Shown here one piece after another: positions 10,133 to 21,171 of a DNA stretch of 64,000 bases (positions are counted from its first letter, which is position 1; the number at the start of each line of letters is the position of its first letter). A program made the translations under genes and the position numbers. The notes beneath the pieces were generated by a model. The model was not told the DNA's origin, made no database searches, and was given only the letters and a program-made list of their open reading frames with translations. This DNA is from an uncultured Acidobacteriaceae bacterium (GTDB lineage Bacteria > Acidobacteriota > Terriglobia > Terriglobales > Acidobacteriaceae): positions 38,875 through 102,874 of the forward strand of contig CAWFWK010000024.1 of assembly GCA_963819425.1 (NCBI GenBank), given 5' to 3'.

Positions 10133-10189
10133 GGGTGCCCCAGAGCCTGCCCTGAGCGAAGCCGAAGGGTCTCGATTCTGAGACCTGGG
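10133..10189. repeat. REP-like element, family 1 (GGTGCCCC ... GGTCTC-N6-GAGACC)
   Basis: GGGTGCCCC (10133-10141) plus hairpin GGTCTC gattct GAGACC (10168-10185). It is related in inverted orientation to the element at 30146-30177. Confidence 0.55.
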
Positions 10190-10284
10190 AAAGCTAGAAG
10201 TTAGTAGCTTGAGGCTTGGAAGCTGCTTCGAGCCGGGTCTCCGGCTTAGACAAACCTGACTCCGCTAATCTGCACGCAGCGCCG

Positions 10285-10866
10285 CTAACCTCGCTCCGTC
10301 TCTATCTCAGCAAACGTAGCCCTCAGCCGCTTCCACGTCGTTCCCAGGTCCTCAGGCAGCACCCGCGTCTCCGCAACCGTGGTCATGAAATTCGTATCGC
10401 CAATCCACCGCGGCATCGCATGCATGTGCAGATGCCCCGCAACACCTGCACCCGCCGCCTGCCCCAGGTTCAATCCGAAGTTGAAACCGTGCGGCCGATA
10501 CAACTGCTCCAGCGCACGTTCTGTACCCTGCGCCAGGTCCATCAACTCGTGCGCAGCATCAACTTCCAGCTTTGCAATCCGGTCAAGATGCGCGTAAGGC
10601 ATTACCATCACGTGTCCCGAAGTGTAGGGATAAGCATTCAGGCAAATGAAGCAGTGTTTCCCGCGCTTCACCAGACCCCCAGCTTCTTCTGCTTCATCCA
10701 CGCTCATCCCGTTCTTGATCGCCCAATCGACGCTAGCAATCAAATTGCAGAAGACGCAGCCGAGATCGCCCGGCCACGCGTTGAGTTGCGTCGGTACCCC
10801 CGGCCGAGGCGCCCCATCCGCCGTCGTCACATATGCAAATCGCCACGGACTCCAGAGCTGATCCAT
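10285..10866 (-). CDS. HIT-family nucleotide hydrolase/transferase
   Basis: Histidine-triad motif HLHMHAMP. The N-terminus LWSPWRFAYV is typical of the Ap4A-phosphorylase-like HIT subgroup. Start moved to ATG 10866 (GGAAAGG upstream). The track ORF extends to 10965. Confidence 0.8.
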   Translation of the reverse strand: MDQLWSPWRFAYVTTADGAPRPGVPTQLNAWPGDLGCVFCNLIASVDWAIKNGMSVDEAEEAGGLVKRGKHCFICLNAYPYTSGHVMVMPYAHLDRIAKLEVDAAHELMDLAQGTERALEQLYRPHGFNFGLNLGQAAGAGVAGHLHMHAMPRWIGDTNFMTTVAETRVLPEDLGTTWKRLRATFAEIETERG

Positions 10867-11097
10867 CTCGCCTTTCCGTCTTAACCTCTCCGTCGCACCA
10901 AGTATAGTGGCCCATTGTGCTAGTTCCGCATGACCCGAAATCACCGCGACGGCAGCGCTCGGCAAATTCTTCGTGAAAATCTCGCAACACTGTATTCAGC
11001 GTCACACCCAATCGCTAACTTCAATCGAATCCCCATCAACTTGCCCAACTTCTGCTGCACTTTGTCGTCGCCTGTTCACAACTGCCAAACTGTTGCA

Positions 11098-11127
11098 TTG
11101 ACGGGAAAAACGCACCATTGCTACACT
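11098..11127 (+). promoter_or_regulatory. Candidate sigma-70-type promoter for rpsA
   Basis: TTGACG (11098-11103), an 18-nt spacer, then TACACT (11122-11127). This would give a leader of roughly 260 nt before the rpsA ATG. Confidence 0.3.
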
Positions 11128-11390
11128 TAGAAGCGTAGCTTCCTGCGCGGATTCCAGCAGTTAGCTGCGGTCGCCCTCCAGCCAGCCATTGCCTGCCTGG
11201 TGTTTCCCAAGGAGACGAGTCGCTTCACCGCCAGCTCTCTGGCTCGAAGCCCCGTCTTCGTGAAACTCCTCGGATCAATGGTTCCCGGTTGCCAAGGTCC
11301 CGGCCAAAGGCATTGCCCGCCACCGCGGCGCGCACGTGCTTACCGTCGACAGCATCACCGTCGCCGGGCCAATGAATCGGAGCTGCTGTC

Positions 11391-13373
<1,983 letters not shown>

Positions 13374-13418
13374 AGCTCGCTTCGGCGAGATCCGACCGTC
13401 CTTTATCGGCACACACGA

Positions 13419-13450
13419 ACGGCTACCCTCGGGGTGGCCGTTTCTTTTTC
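13419..13450 (+). terminator. Intrinsic terminator after rpsA
   Basis: Stem GGCTACCC / GGGTGGCC (one G-U pair), loop TCG, followed by TTTCTTTTT (13441-13449). Confidence 0.6.
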
Positions 13451-13576
13451 AGTTAACGTCTCTGGAGCGCAAACTGGGGATTAACAGGGGGTGTGGGGAC
13501 GAGACTGTCGACGGGTGTCAGGTTTAGCAAGTTAGCGGGCTCGTGCTCTGCATCATCGGAAATCTTTGACGCTGGT

Positions 13577-16500
13577 TCACATCGTGAGGGCTTCGGTTTG
13601 TTTGCTCATTTGTGCGGTGCGCTCGAGCTTGTCCCAGTTGAAGGGTTTGCCGTCGATCGCGCGCTTGAGCGTTTTGGCGAGGACGATGGAAAAGACCTGT
13701 CGGTAGGCGAAGCGCTGCAGCCAGATGTGAAAGAGCAGCCATCCATCGCCCTTGTTGGCGGGGTGGCGACGCTCGAGGCTGAAGGCGATGGTGGAGGTGA
13801 CAAAATCGATGAGGAGGAATGCGCCGAAGTAGGCAAGAAGCTTTTCGAGGCTCGCGGCTGAGGCTGCTTCTGGATGATAGTGACGATCGACGAGGTAGTG
13901 CACCAGGCCCGCCAGGAACATCAAGTCGATGAACGGCGAGACGAGGGGAAGGAACATCTGGAAGATGAGGATATTGGGGAGCGCAAAGAGCCCCATCGCC
14001 TTGTTGCGGACGAAGGCCATGCGGTGCTTCCATACGGCCTGGAGGATTCCGAAAGACCAGCGGAAGCGCTGGCGCATGAGGCCGCTGGCATCGATGGGCG
14101 CCTCAGTAAATGCGAGGGCGCGGTCTTCGTAGACGACCTTGTACTTCTGCTCCAGAAGATTCATGGTCAGGTCAGCATCTTCAGCGACGGTGTTGATGGG
14201 ATAGCCGCCTGCTGTTTTGACTCCGGAGGTGCGCCATGCACCGATAGCGCCCGGCACGACCATCACCACGTTGAAGAGATCGAGCGCACGCCGTTCGAAG
14301 TTCTGGCTTGTGATGTATTCAAGTGCCTGCCAACGCGTCCAAAGATTTACGCGATTGCCGACTTTTGCGTTTCCAGCGACGGCGCCGACACGTTCATCTT
14401 CGAAGTGCGGAATCAGTTTTGAGACTGCATCCATGGCAATGACGGTGTCGGCATCGATGCCGACGTAGAATTCTTCGTCGATGCGGTCGAGGGCATAATT
14501 CAACGCAGCGGCTTTTCCGCCATTGGGCTTGGTGAGCACCTGCACACGCCCGGCGGTGATGTCTTTTACATAGGCCTCGCGCGCCACTTCGAAGGTACGA
14601 TCCGTTGATCCGTCGTCTATGACGATGACGTGCAGATTTGCATAGTCGGAGTTGAGCACGGATCGGATGGTGCGGACGATGACTTTCTCTTCGTTGTAGG
14701 CCGGGATGAGCACCGCAACGAGGGGATTGAATCCGGGCGAAGCCTGCCGGTGCGGGCGGCGAAGACGATCGATCACGGCAAAAATACCAACGATAATGAG
14801 GCGCGCGCTCATGAGGACGTCGCCGACAAAGAAGACGAGGACGATGAAGCGGCCGATGATAGAGAGCGCGGAGAAGGCGATGGAATCGGGAATCGCGCGG
14901 AGGAATTGTCTGAAGGTAAGGGGTGGCATGACTTGTGCAGTGGTCATGCCCATCAACGAAGAGACGGGAACGATGGAATAGCCCTTCGAACGCAGCGCGT
15001 CGATGAGGTAGGGAAGAGTGGCAATTGTGATCGAGCGGTCACCACCGCCATCGTGCATGAGGATGATTGAGCCGCGAAACTGCGGCTTAACCTTCATGGT
15101 GTTCAACTGGTCAAGCACGAACTGGGTAATTTCGGCAGGAGACTTTGGATTGCGTTCATCCCAGTCGTTGGTGTCAATCTTGTTCCCGACTACGGTTAAG
15201 CCAAGTTGTTGTACGCGCACGACGGGGGCAGCCTGGTCGTCGGTTTCAGGCTCTTCGTCGATGTCGTAGGGAGGACGAAAATAGAGCGGCTGCACGCCGA
15301 GTTTACTGGCGAAGAGCCGTTCGGTCAGCTTCACTTCGAGGTCAAGTCGGTCGAGCGGGATTTCGCTGATGTCCGGATGGAAGAAAGTGTGATTGCCGAT
15401 TTCGTGGCCTTCACGCTGGACCCGTTGCATGAGACCGATGTTCTCTTGAGCCTCCCCGCCGATCATCATGAACGTACCCTTAACGTTTTTCTCTTTGAGA
15501 ATGTCGAGGATTTTGGGAGTCCACTTGGGATCGGGGCCGTCATCGAACGAGATGGCGACCTGGTTGGGATGATAGCCGTAGTACTCCACCGTGTAGGTGT
15601 GTGGAAACACATCCATGTGCTCGTCGATAATGAGCCTTTTTCGGGGGTCTATCTCATCGTTGTCCACGGTGACCGTACGCTTGCCGGTCTTCGGCAATCC
15701 GGTAACGCGCAGTATGTCGCCGGATCCCTGGACGTCCACATTTCGTCCGGGCTGGAGGGTGTTGAGTGCGTCAAGTGAGGCGGGATTGCTGGGTTTGTCC
15801 CACACGCTCCACATGGCGCGATCTTCAGAGCCCAGGCGCCACAGAGCGAAGGTCTGGAGGCCGAGTCCGCGAGCTGCGCGCATTTCGTTGAGGAGCGTGA
15901 CGCCATCGAGAAACCAGACGACGTGACGAGTGTGGGTGTCTTCGTCGATGTACTCGTAGTGAGGATTAAGCGAGTTGTAATCGAGATCGAGGTCGGCGTC
16001 GGCGTCGCTGGCGCGCTGCCACACGTCAGAGACGTGCGTCATTTCTTCGGTATCGACGACGCGGGGCTTACGTTGTTTGGGATCGCGAGCCTTGGGATCG
16101 GGGATGGACATTTCCCAGTCGTAGCCGTAGTTGGCGACGGCGCAGATCAGCTTATCGAGAGGGACGGCTTTGGAGTTGAGGACGCGAGTGAGATTCGAGA
16201 TAAACCAATCCTGACTCGCGATGGGGCCGGGCTGCGAGTCTACTTCGTGCTCGTCGTAATTCATCAGCACGACACCATCGGAGTTGGCAGAGATGATTCT
16301 CAATTCATCGGTCGAGGTCGAAACAGGCACGTTGACGTAGAGGTGGAGGTGTCGCGCGTGCAGGTCTGAGTACATCTCCTGGATCATGGCCAGGTACGCG
16401 GGGCGAGCATCCTCGTTCAGACTTTCAAAATCGAACGAGAGTCCGTGATAGCCGGGGAATGCGGTGAAAAGACGCAGAAGTTCCTGGCGAATCTGGTTGC

Positions 16501-17110
16501 GTTTTGCCGGATCCTTGATAACCTCGCCCATGCCTGCGTCCCAGCTCTGCGTGTGCGCATTGAAGTTGTCGAGGTGAGGAAAGATTTCAGTATCTTCCCG
16601 CGCCTGCTGGACAACGCGTTTGACCTTGTTGTTTTCGTCGGGGTCGTGAATTACGCCACCCTCAAAGATGGGAAATTCGTGGCCGTCGGACGTGGTCCCC
16701 TGAAGGTCAAGCGAAGGCGCGTCGAAGTGCAGCCATTGCGGGAACAGCAAGTCGACCTGGTGGATGTGCTCTTTGAGGGATGAGTAGCTGGCGGCATCCG
16801 ACGGGATGTAGTAGGCAGCGCGCAGGCCTTCGCCGGTGTTGAAGGGAATGTCGGAGGGTTTGCGATCTGTCTTGCGGCGCGCCGGGTGGACGGGCTTCTG
16901 GCCTCGACCCAGAGGGAGCCTGTTCTGCAAACCTCGATAGGTGTGCTTCTGCGTCGGCAGCAGGAGCTCGGGCAGGGGCTGGACGCGGAGTACATTGAAG
17001 ATAAACCCGGCGAGCACAAGCGTGGAGAGGACGGCCGTGATATCGAATATGCGGCGAAGGCGCTTCCATCGTGTGCGCTGAGGATCGAAAAATATCTGTT
17101 TATCGGGCAT
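13577..17110 (-). CDS. Three-domain exopolysaccharide enzyme: GH18-like domain + CE4 (NodB) deacetylase + processive family-2 glycosyltransferase
   Basis: N-terminal TM helix, then a GH18-like segment with HGLSFDFE. The NodB motifs ISFDDGPDP and GHEIGNHTFFH follow. The GT2 part has PAYNEE, IDDGSTDRT, DADT, AEDADLT and QRFRWSFG, followed by C-terminal TM helices. Confidence 0.8.
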   Translation of the reverse strand: MPDKQIFFDPQRTRWKRLRRIFDITAVLSTLVLAGFIFNVLRVQPLPELLLPTQKHTYRGLQNRLPLGRGQKPVHPARRKTDRKPSDIPFNTGEGLRAAYYIPSDAASYSSLKEHIHQVDLLFPQWLHFDAPSLDLQGTTSDGHEFPIFEGGVIHDPDENNKVKRVVQQAREDTEIFPHLDNFNAHTQSWDAGMGEVIKDPAKRNQIRQELLRLFTAFPGYHGLSFDFESLNEDARPAYLAMIQEMYSDLHARHLHLYVNVPVSTSTDELRIISANSDGVVLMNYDEHEVDSQPGPIASQDWFISNLTRVLNSKAVPLDKLICAVANYGYDWEMSIPDPKARDPKQRKPRVVDTEEMTHVSDVWQRASDADADLDLDYNSLNPHYEYIDEDTHTRHVVWFLDGVTLLNEMRAARGLGLQTFALWRLGSEDRAMWSVWDKPSNPASLDALNTLQPGRNVDVQGSGDILRVTGLPKTGKRTVTVDNDEIDPRKRLIIDEHMDVFPHTYTVEYYGYHPNQVAISFDDGPDPKWTPKILDILKEKNVKGTFMMIGGEAQENIGLMQRVQREGHEIGNHTFFHPDISEIPLDRLDLEVKLTERLFASKLGVQPLYFRPPYDIDEEPETDDQAAPVVRVQQLGLTVVGNKIDTNDWDERNPKSPAEITQFVLDQLNTMKVKPQFRGSIILMHDGGGDRSITIATLPYLIDALRSKGYSIVPVSSLMGMTTAQVMPPLTFRQFLRAIPDSIAFSALSIIGRFIVLVFFVGDVLMSARLIIVGIFAVIDRLRRPHRQASPGFNPLVAVLIPAYNEEKVIVRTIRSVLNSDYANLHVIVIDDGSTDRTFEVAREAYVKDITAGRVQVLTKPNGGKAAALNYALDRIDEEFYVGIDADTVIAMDAVSKLIPHFEDERVGAVAGNAKVGNRVNLWTRWQALEYITSQNFERRALDLFNVVMVVPGAIGAWRTSGVKTAGGYPINTVAEDADLTMNLLEQKYKVVYEDRALAFTEAPIDASGLMRQRFRWSFGILQAVWKHRMAFVRNKAMGLFALPNILIFQMFLPLVSPFIDLMFLAGLVHYLVDRHYHPEAASAASLEKLLAYFGAFLLIDFVTSTIAFSLERRHPANKGDGWLLFHIWLQRFAYRQVFSIVLAKTLKRAIDGKPFNWDKLERTAQMSKQTEALTM

Positions 17111-17141
17111 TGCCGTTTCTACGGTATACAGTACGAATCGT

Positions 17142-18602
17142 ATGGAAGCTGAACCCCTGAGTCAATCGATGCAGCCGGTTGGTGCAACGGACCGGCTGCG
17201 CGCTGGTTTGTGGGTTCTGTTTCCTCTTCTGTCTGGAGCGCTGCTTCGTCTTTGGATGCTGAAGAAATTCTACGAGGTCACCGGGGACGCGCTTATCTAT
17301 GGGGGCATCGCCAAAAACCTGCTTCTCTCCGGGCGCTATGCCCTGACGGTGGGTACAGGCGAGACTTATCCGACGCTGATACGGCTGCCGGGGTATCCCC
17401 TGTTTCTGGCGGTGTGCTTCAAGTTATTCGGCTTGGAGAACTATGCCGCGGCAGCCGGGGTGCAGATTGTTTTGGAGCTCGCGGGCTGTTTGCTGCTAGC
17501 GGATTTTGCGCGAAGAGTGGCGCCTGCGCGATTGAGCCGGGGAGCGGCGTATTCCACATTGTGGTTGGCTGCGCTGTGCCCGTTTACGGCGGTGTATGCG
17601 GCGAACCCGCTTACGGAGGGGCCGACACTTTTTGCGATAGCGCTTGCGATGTGGTGCGCTGCGAAGTTTCAGGAACGGCCGGGGTGGGCGACGGCACTGG
17701 GATTCACGTTTGCAGTGACTTATGCGGCGCTGTTGCGGCCGGATGGGGCATTGGTGGCGCTGGCGTTTGCGCCGGCACTGCTGATTACCCTGATGCGCAA
17801 GAAGCATGAACCTCAGGTGCGCGGCGGAGTCAGGCGGATGATGGCGGTCTGCGTTTTGCTGGCCGTGATGCCCTTTGCTGCGTGGACCTGGCGCAACTGG
17901 AGCACCTTCCAGGTGTTTGAGCCGCTTGCGCCGCGTTACGCTACCGATCCTGGAGAGTCGACGCAGGCGGGATGGGTGAACTGGGTGAAGACGTGGTGCG
18001 TGGACTTTGTTTCGACCTACCAGGTGTACTGGAATGTGCCGGGAGACAACCTCGATATTTCGAAACTGCCAGCTCGGGCGTTTGATTCGCCGGAGCAGTA
18101 TGCGGAGACTGTGGCGCTGGCGGATGATTACAACAACAACGGCCAGACTCTGACTCCGGAGATCGATGGGCGCTTCGCAAAGCTGGCCGCGGAGAGAAGC
18201 GCTGCGCATCCAATCCGGTCGCACGTGTTGCTGCCTGTGGCGCGCGTCGCGGATATGTGGCTGCGGCCCAGGGTGGAGAATCTACCCATTGATCTGGACT
18301 GGTGGGTTTACAAGCATCATTACGCGGAGACGCGGTTCAGCTGGTTCTATGCGGGCCTGAACGCGCTTTATCTGCTGCTGGGGATTGCGGGGCTGTGCAT
18401 GCGGCCGCGAATGTGGCCGTGGATGCTGGCGTACATCGTGCTGCGCAGTGTATTGCTGTTGACGGTGGAAGCGCCCGAGGCGCGATACACGCTGGAGTGC
18501 TTTCCGATGTTGTTTGTGCTCGGCGGGATTGCGCTCTACCGGTTGATGAACTGGGTCTTGCTGTCGGTCTTGAACGTGAAGACGTCTGAGGGCAGCGGCT
18601 GA
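17142..18602 (+). CDS. GT-C fold membrane glycosyltransferase (ArnT/PMT family 39-like)
   Basis: 486-aa polytopic membrane ORF. The N-terminal region (LLRLWMLKKFYEVTGDALIYGGIAKNLL) is typical of ArnT/PMT-like enzymes. It is divergent from the GT2 fusion gene with a 31-bp gap. Confidence 0.55.
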   Translation: MEAEPLSQSMQPVGATDRLRAGLWVLFPLLSGALLRLWMLKKFYEVTGDALIYGGIAKNLLLSGRYALTVGTGETYPTLIRLPGYPLFLAVCFKLFGLENYAAAAGVQIVLELAGCLLLADFARRVAPARLSRGAAYSTLWLAALCPFTAVYAANPLTEGPTLFAIALAMWCAAKFQERPGWATALGFTFAVTYAALLRPDGALVALAFAPALLITLMRKKHEPQVRGGVRRMMAVCVLLAVMPFAAWTWRNWSTFQVFEPLAPRYATDPGESTQAGWVNWVKTWCVDFVSTYQVYWNVPGDNLDISKLPARAFDSPEQYAETVALADDYNNNGQTLTPEIDGRFAKLAAERSAAHPIRSHVLLPVARVADMWLRPRVENLPIDLDWWVYKHHYAETRFSWFYAGLNALYLLLGIAGLCMRPRMWPWMLAYIVLRSVLLLTVEAPEARYTLECFPMLFVLGGIALYRLMNWVLLSVLNVKTSEGSG

Positions 18603-19228
18603 TTGAACTTGAAGTTGAAGTAGGAACAGACGCGGGACTGGCCCTGTCCCTGGTCGAATACCTGCTTCAGGCTGACGCCGTGCTCGGTATCCATCCATAC
18701 CGTCACCTTCAGAAGATTTTTTCGCACTGCGGGATCCTTTGGCACCAGATCCAGCTTTTCCGTCTTGACGCCGTTCAACGTCTCCTGGCCACCGTAGGTG
18801 ATATCCCATTTTTCTGAGAGCTCTTTTCCGCTGGCGCCGAAGCCAAGTAGAAGATAGCCGCCAATCTTGTCATTCTTGTAGGTTGTGACTTGGTTGGGTA
18901 GTTTCTCGTACAACCGGAACACGCCTTTTGAAAACGTGTAGATTTTGGGGACGGGCTTGTCGTTCTCCTGATTGATGTGAGCCGCCATCTGAAAGTCTGA
19001 TCCACGCCGCGCGTAATACACCGTGCCCTTCTGCACTTGCTTGTCGGGAACTGGATCCGTCTGGATGGAGTCAAACTCAAAGTCGGCGCTGGTGGAGTGG
19101 AAGTTTGCCGCGGCGGCATCGAGCTTGGCCAGCACCGACTTCAGATCCTGTGCGGCGGCGTTCTGTGGGATAAGCGCGAAGACAAACGCAAGCGACGCTG
19201 CCAGCAAGATTTTCTTTCGCAAAGGCAT
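18536..19228 (-). CDS. LolA-like outer-membrane lipoprotein carrier/sorting family protein
   Basis: Signal peptide MPLRKKILLAASLAFVFALIPQNAAAQ. The LolA-like N-terminal pattern follows (LKSVLAKLDAAAANFHSTSADFEF...GTVYYARRG). Start placed at ATG 19228, with AAGGAAG upstream. The 3' end overlaps the convergent GT-C gene by 67 bp. Confidence 0.6.
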   Translation of the reverse strand: MPLRKKILLAASLAFVFALIPQNAAAQDLKSVLAKLDAAAANFHSTSADFEFDSIQTDPVPDKQVQKGTVYYARRGSDFQMAAHINQENDKPVPKIYTFSKGVFRLYEKLPNQVTTYKNDKIGGYLLLGFGASGKELSEKWDITYGGQETLNGVKTEKLDLVPKDPAVRKNLLKVTVWMDTEHGVSLKQVFDQGQGQSRVCSYFNFKFNQPLPSDVFTFKTDSKTQFINR

Positions 19229-19280
19229 AGACTTCCTTTTTCCTATTCGACGGATAAGATGCTTGGAATGGTGCAACGGT

Positions 19281-19652
19281 CTAGCGGCGGGCCCAGATCT
19301 TCCACACCCGGTTGCCCTGGGGGTCGAGTGCCGTTTCCCAGCGGGTTACTGAGACTGCGTCGCCGGTAACCGGCTCAATGGCTTTGCGCAGTTGCTTGCG
19401 AACTTCGCCGACTGTGTCGGTCTCTGGTACGGAGAGGTCCTCGGCATTCACGGTGACGATAATTCCGCGGGTTCCGTCACTGACGACCTGGATGGGATGC
19501 TGTGGACCAGCGACGCGCGAGGGCTTGTCGCCGTAGTCCCACAGGTGGGGCGTGACGAAGATGAAGAGCAGAATGAGCGTTACGAGGACGTCATAGTGGA
19601 CGTGACCGCGAGGGTAGGTCCAGTAGAAGTAGCTTTTGAGGAGCTTGTTCAT
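19281..19652 (-). CDS. Hypothetical small membrane protein
   Basis: 123-aa ORF with one TM helix ([17 protein letters not shown]). Its ATG overlaps the serS stop (ATGA), suggesting translational coupling. Confidence 0.45.
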   Translation of the reverse strand: MNKLLKSYFYWTYPRGHVHYDVLVTLILLFIFVTPHLWDYGDKPSRVAGPQHPIQVVSDGTRGIIVTVNAEDLSVPETDTVGEVRKQLRKAIEPVTGDAVSVTRWETALDPQGNRVWKIWARR

Positions 19653-20980
19653 CGCTGCTCCTGAGAAGTAATGCGTTCGAGACCACCCATGTAGGGGCGC
19701 AGCGCCTCGGGAACGGCGACGGAGCCGTCAGCCTGCTGATAGTTTTCGAGAATCGCGAGCCAGGTGCGACCCACCGCGAGACCGCTGCCGTTAATCGTGT
19801 GCACGAATTCGTTTTTGCCCTTGGTCGATGGTTTGAAGCGAATGTTTGCGCGGCGGGCCTGGAAAGCTTCGAAGTTGGAGCAGGAGGAAATTTCGCGATA
19901 GAGCTGCTGGCCGGGCAGCCAGACCTCGAGGTCGAATGTCTTGGCGGAACTGAAGCCGGTGTCGGCGGTGCAGAGCAGGACGCGGCGATAGGGAAGCATG
20001 AGGGCTTCAAGGATCTCTTCAGCGTCGCGGGTCAGGCGCTCGTGCTCGGCGTCGGATTCTTCGGGGCGCGTGAACTTGACCAGTTCGACTTTCTGAAACT
20101 GATGCTGGCGGATGATGCCGCGCGTGTCCTTGCCCGCGGCTCCGGCTTCGGCTCGGAAGCAGGGGGTGTAGGCGGTGAAGCAGATGGGGAGACGGCCTTC
20201 GTCGAGAATTTCGTCGCGATAGAGATTGGTCACGGGGACTTCGGCGGTAGGAATCAGCCAGTGGTCGTTGTCTTTGAACTCGCCGCGTGCGACAGCCTCT
20301 GCGTCGGCATCGGAGCAGCGGAAGAGGTCTTCGGCGAACTTGGGAAGCTGGCCGGTGCCGAAGAGGCTCTTCGAGTTGACCATGAATGGCGGCAGCACCT
20401 CGGTGTAGCCGTGTTTCTGGGTGTGCGTGTCGAGCATGAAGCTGATGAGGGCTCGTTCGAGGCGGGCACCGGCGCCCATGTAGACAGCAAAACGTGCGCC
20501 GCTGAGTTTGGCGGCACGCTCGAGGTCAAGGATGCCGAGCTGTTCGCCAAGCTCCCAGTGGGGCTTAGGCGTGAAGTCGAATTGCGGCTTCTCGCCCCAG
20601 GTTTTCACGGTGACGTTGTCCTCTTCGGACTTGCCGATGGGGACTTCGTCGCGGGTGAGATTGGGGATACCGGCGAGGGCAAGGCGCATCTGCTCATCGA
20701 GCGCGGTAGCGGACTTGTCGAGTTCGTCAAGCTTGTCTTTGAGGGCGCGCGTTTCGTCCATCACGGCGGTGGCGTCTTTGCCATCCCGCTTGAGGGTGGC
20801 GACCTGCTGGCTTAGCTCGTTTCGACGGGCCTTGAGTTGTTCTGAAGCCGTGATGGCTTCGCGGCGCGTCTGATCCAGATGCCGAAAATTGCCCAGAAGC
20901 GCGACGGGGTCGGCGCCGCGGGCACGCAGTTTTTCCTCTACTAATTCCAGGTTGCCCCGGACAAATCCCAGATCGAGCAT
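19649..20980 (-). CDS. serS: Serine--tRNA ligase
   Basis: N-terminal coiled-coil arm plus a class II aaRS core (motif 2 region [21 protein letters not shown], motif 3 region GSGLAVGRT). Typical length of 443 aa. Confidence 0.95.
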   Translation of the reverse strand: MLDLGFVRGNLELVEEKLRARGADPVALLGNFRHLDQTRREAITASEQLKARRNELSQQVATLKRDGKDATAVMDETRALKDKLDELDKSATALDEQMRLALAGIPNLTRDEVPIGKSEEDNVTVKTWGEKPQFDFTPKPHWELGEQLGILDLERAAKLSGARFAVYMGAGARLERALISFMLDTHTQKHGYTEVLPPFMVNSKSLFGTGQLPKFAEDLFRCSDADAEAVARGEFKDNDHWLIPTAEVPVTNLYRDEILDEGRLPICFTAYTPCFRAEAGAAGKDTRGIIRQHQFQKVELVKFTRPEESDAEHERLTRDAEEILEALMLPYRRVLLCTADTGFSSAKTFDLEVWLPGQQLYREISSCSNFEAFQARRANIRFKPSTKGKNEFVHTINGSGLAVGRTWLAILENYQQADGSVAVPEALRPYMGGLERITSQEQR

Positions 20981-21006
20981 GACTCTTAACAGTTTACTTG
21001 ATGAGG

Positions 21007-21163
21007 CAGCCGCTAGCTTCTAGCCGGTAGCCCCTGGTCTCATCTCGCCACTTGGATCATTCAGAGCCCAGCATGCCAAGCTTAAGGAAGCGATCCGGGT
21101 CGCAAGAAGCCGAGGTCGCCGCGATCAGTGGAACGGAGGCTAGCGGCTAGAAGCTAGCAGCTG
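21007..21163. repeat. Long inverted repeat rich in GCTAGC/CTAGAAG words
   Basis: The arms at 21007-21032 and 21138-21163 are complementary at 24 of 26 positions. They are separated by ~105 nt and fill the ndh-serS intergenic region. Confidence 0.6.
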
Positions 21164-21171
21164 GAAGTGTT

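Noticed and set aside
20981-21171. A T-box or other leader riboswitch upstream of serS.
   Set aside because: I find no T-box consensus (…GGTGGTACCGCG…) or specifier-loop arrangement. The region is dominated by one long inverted repeat.
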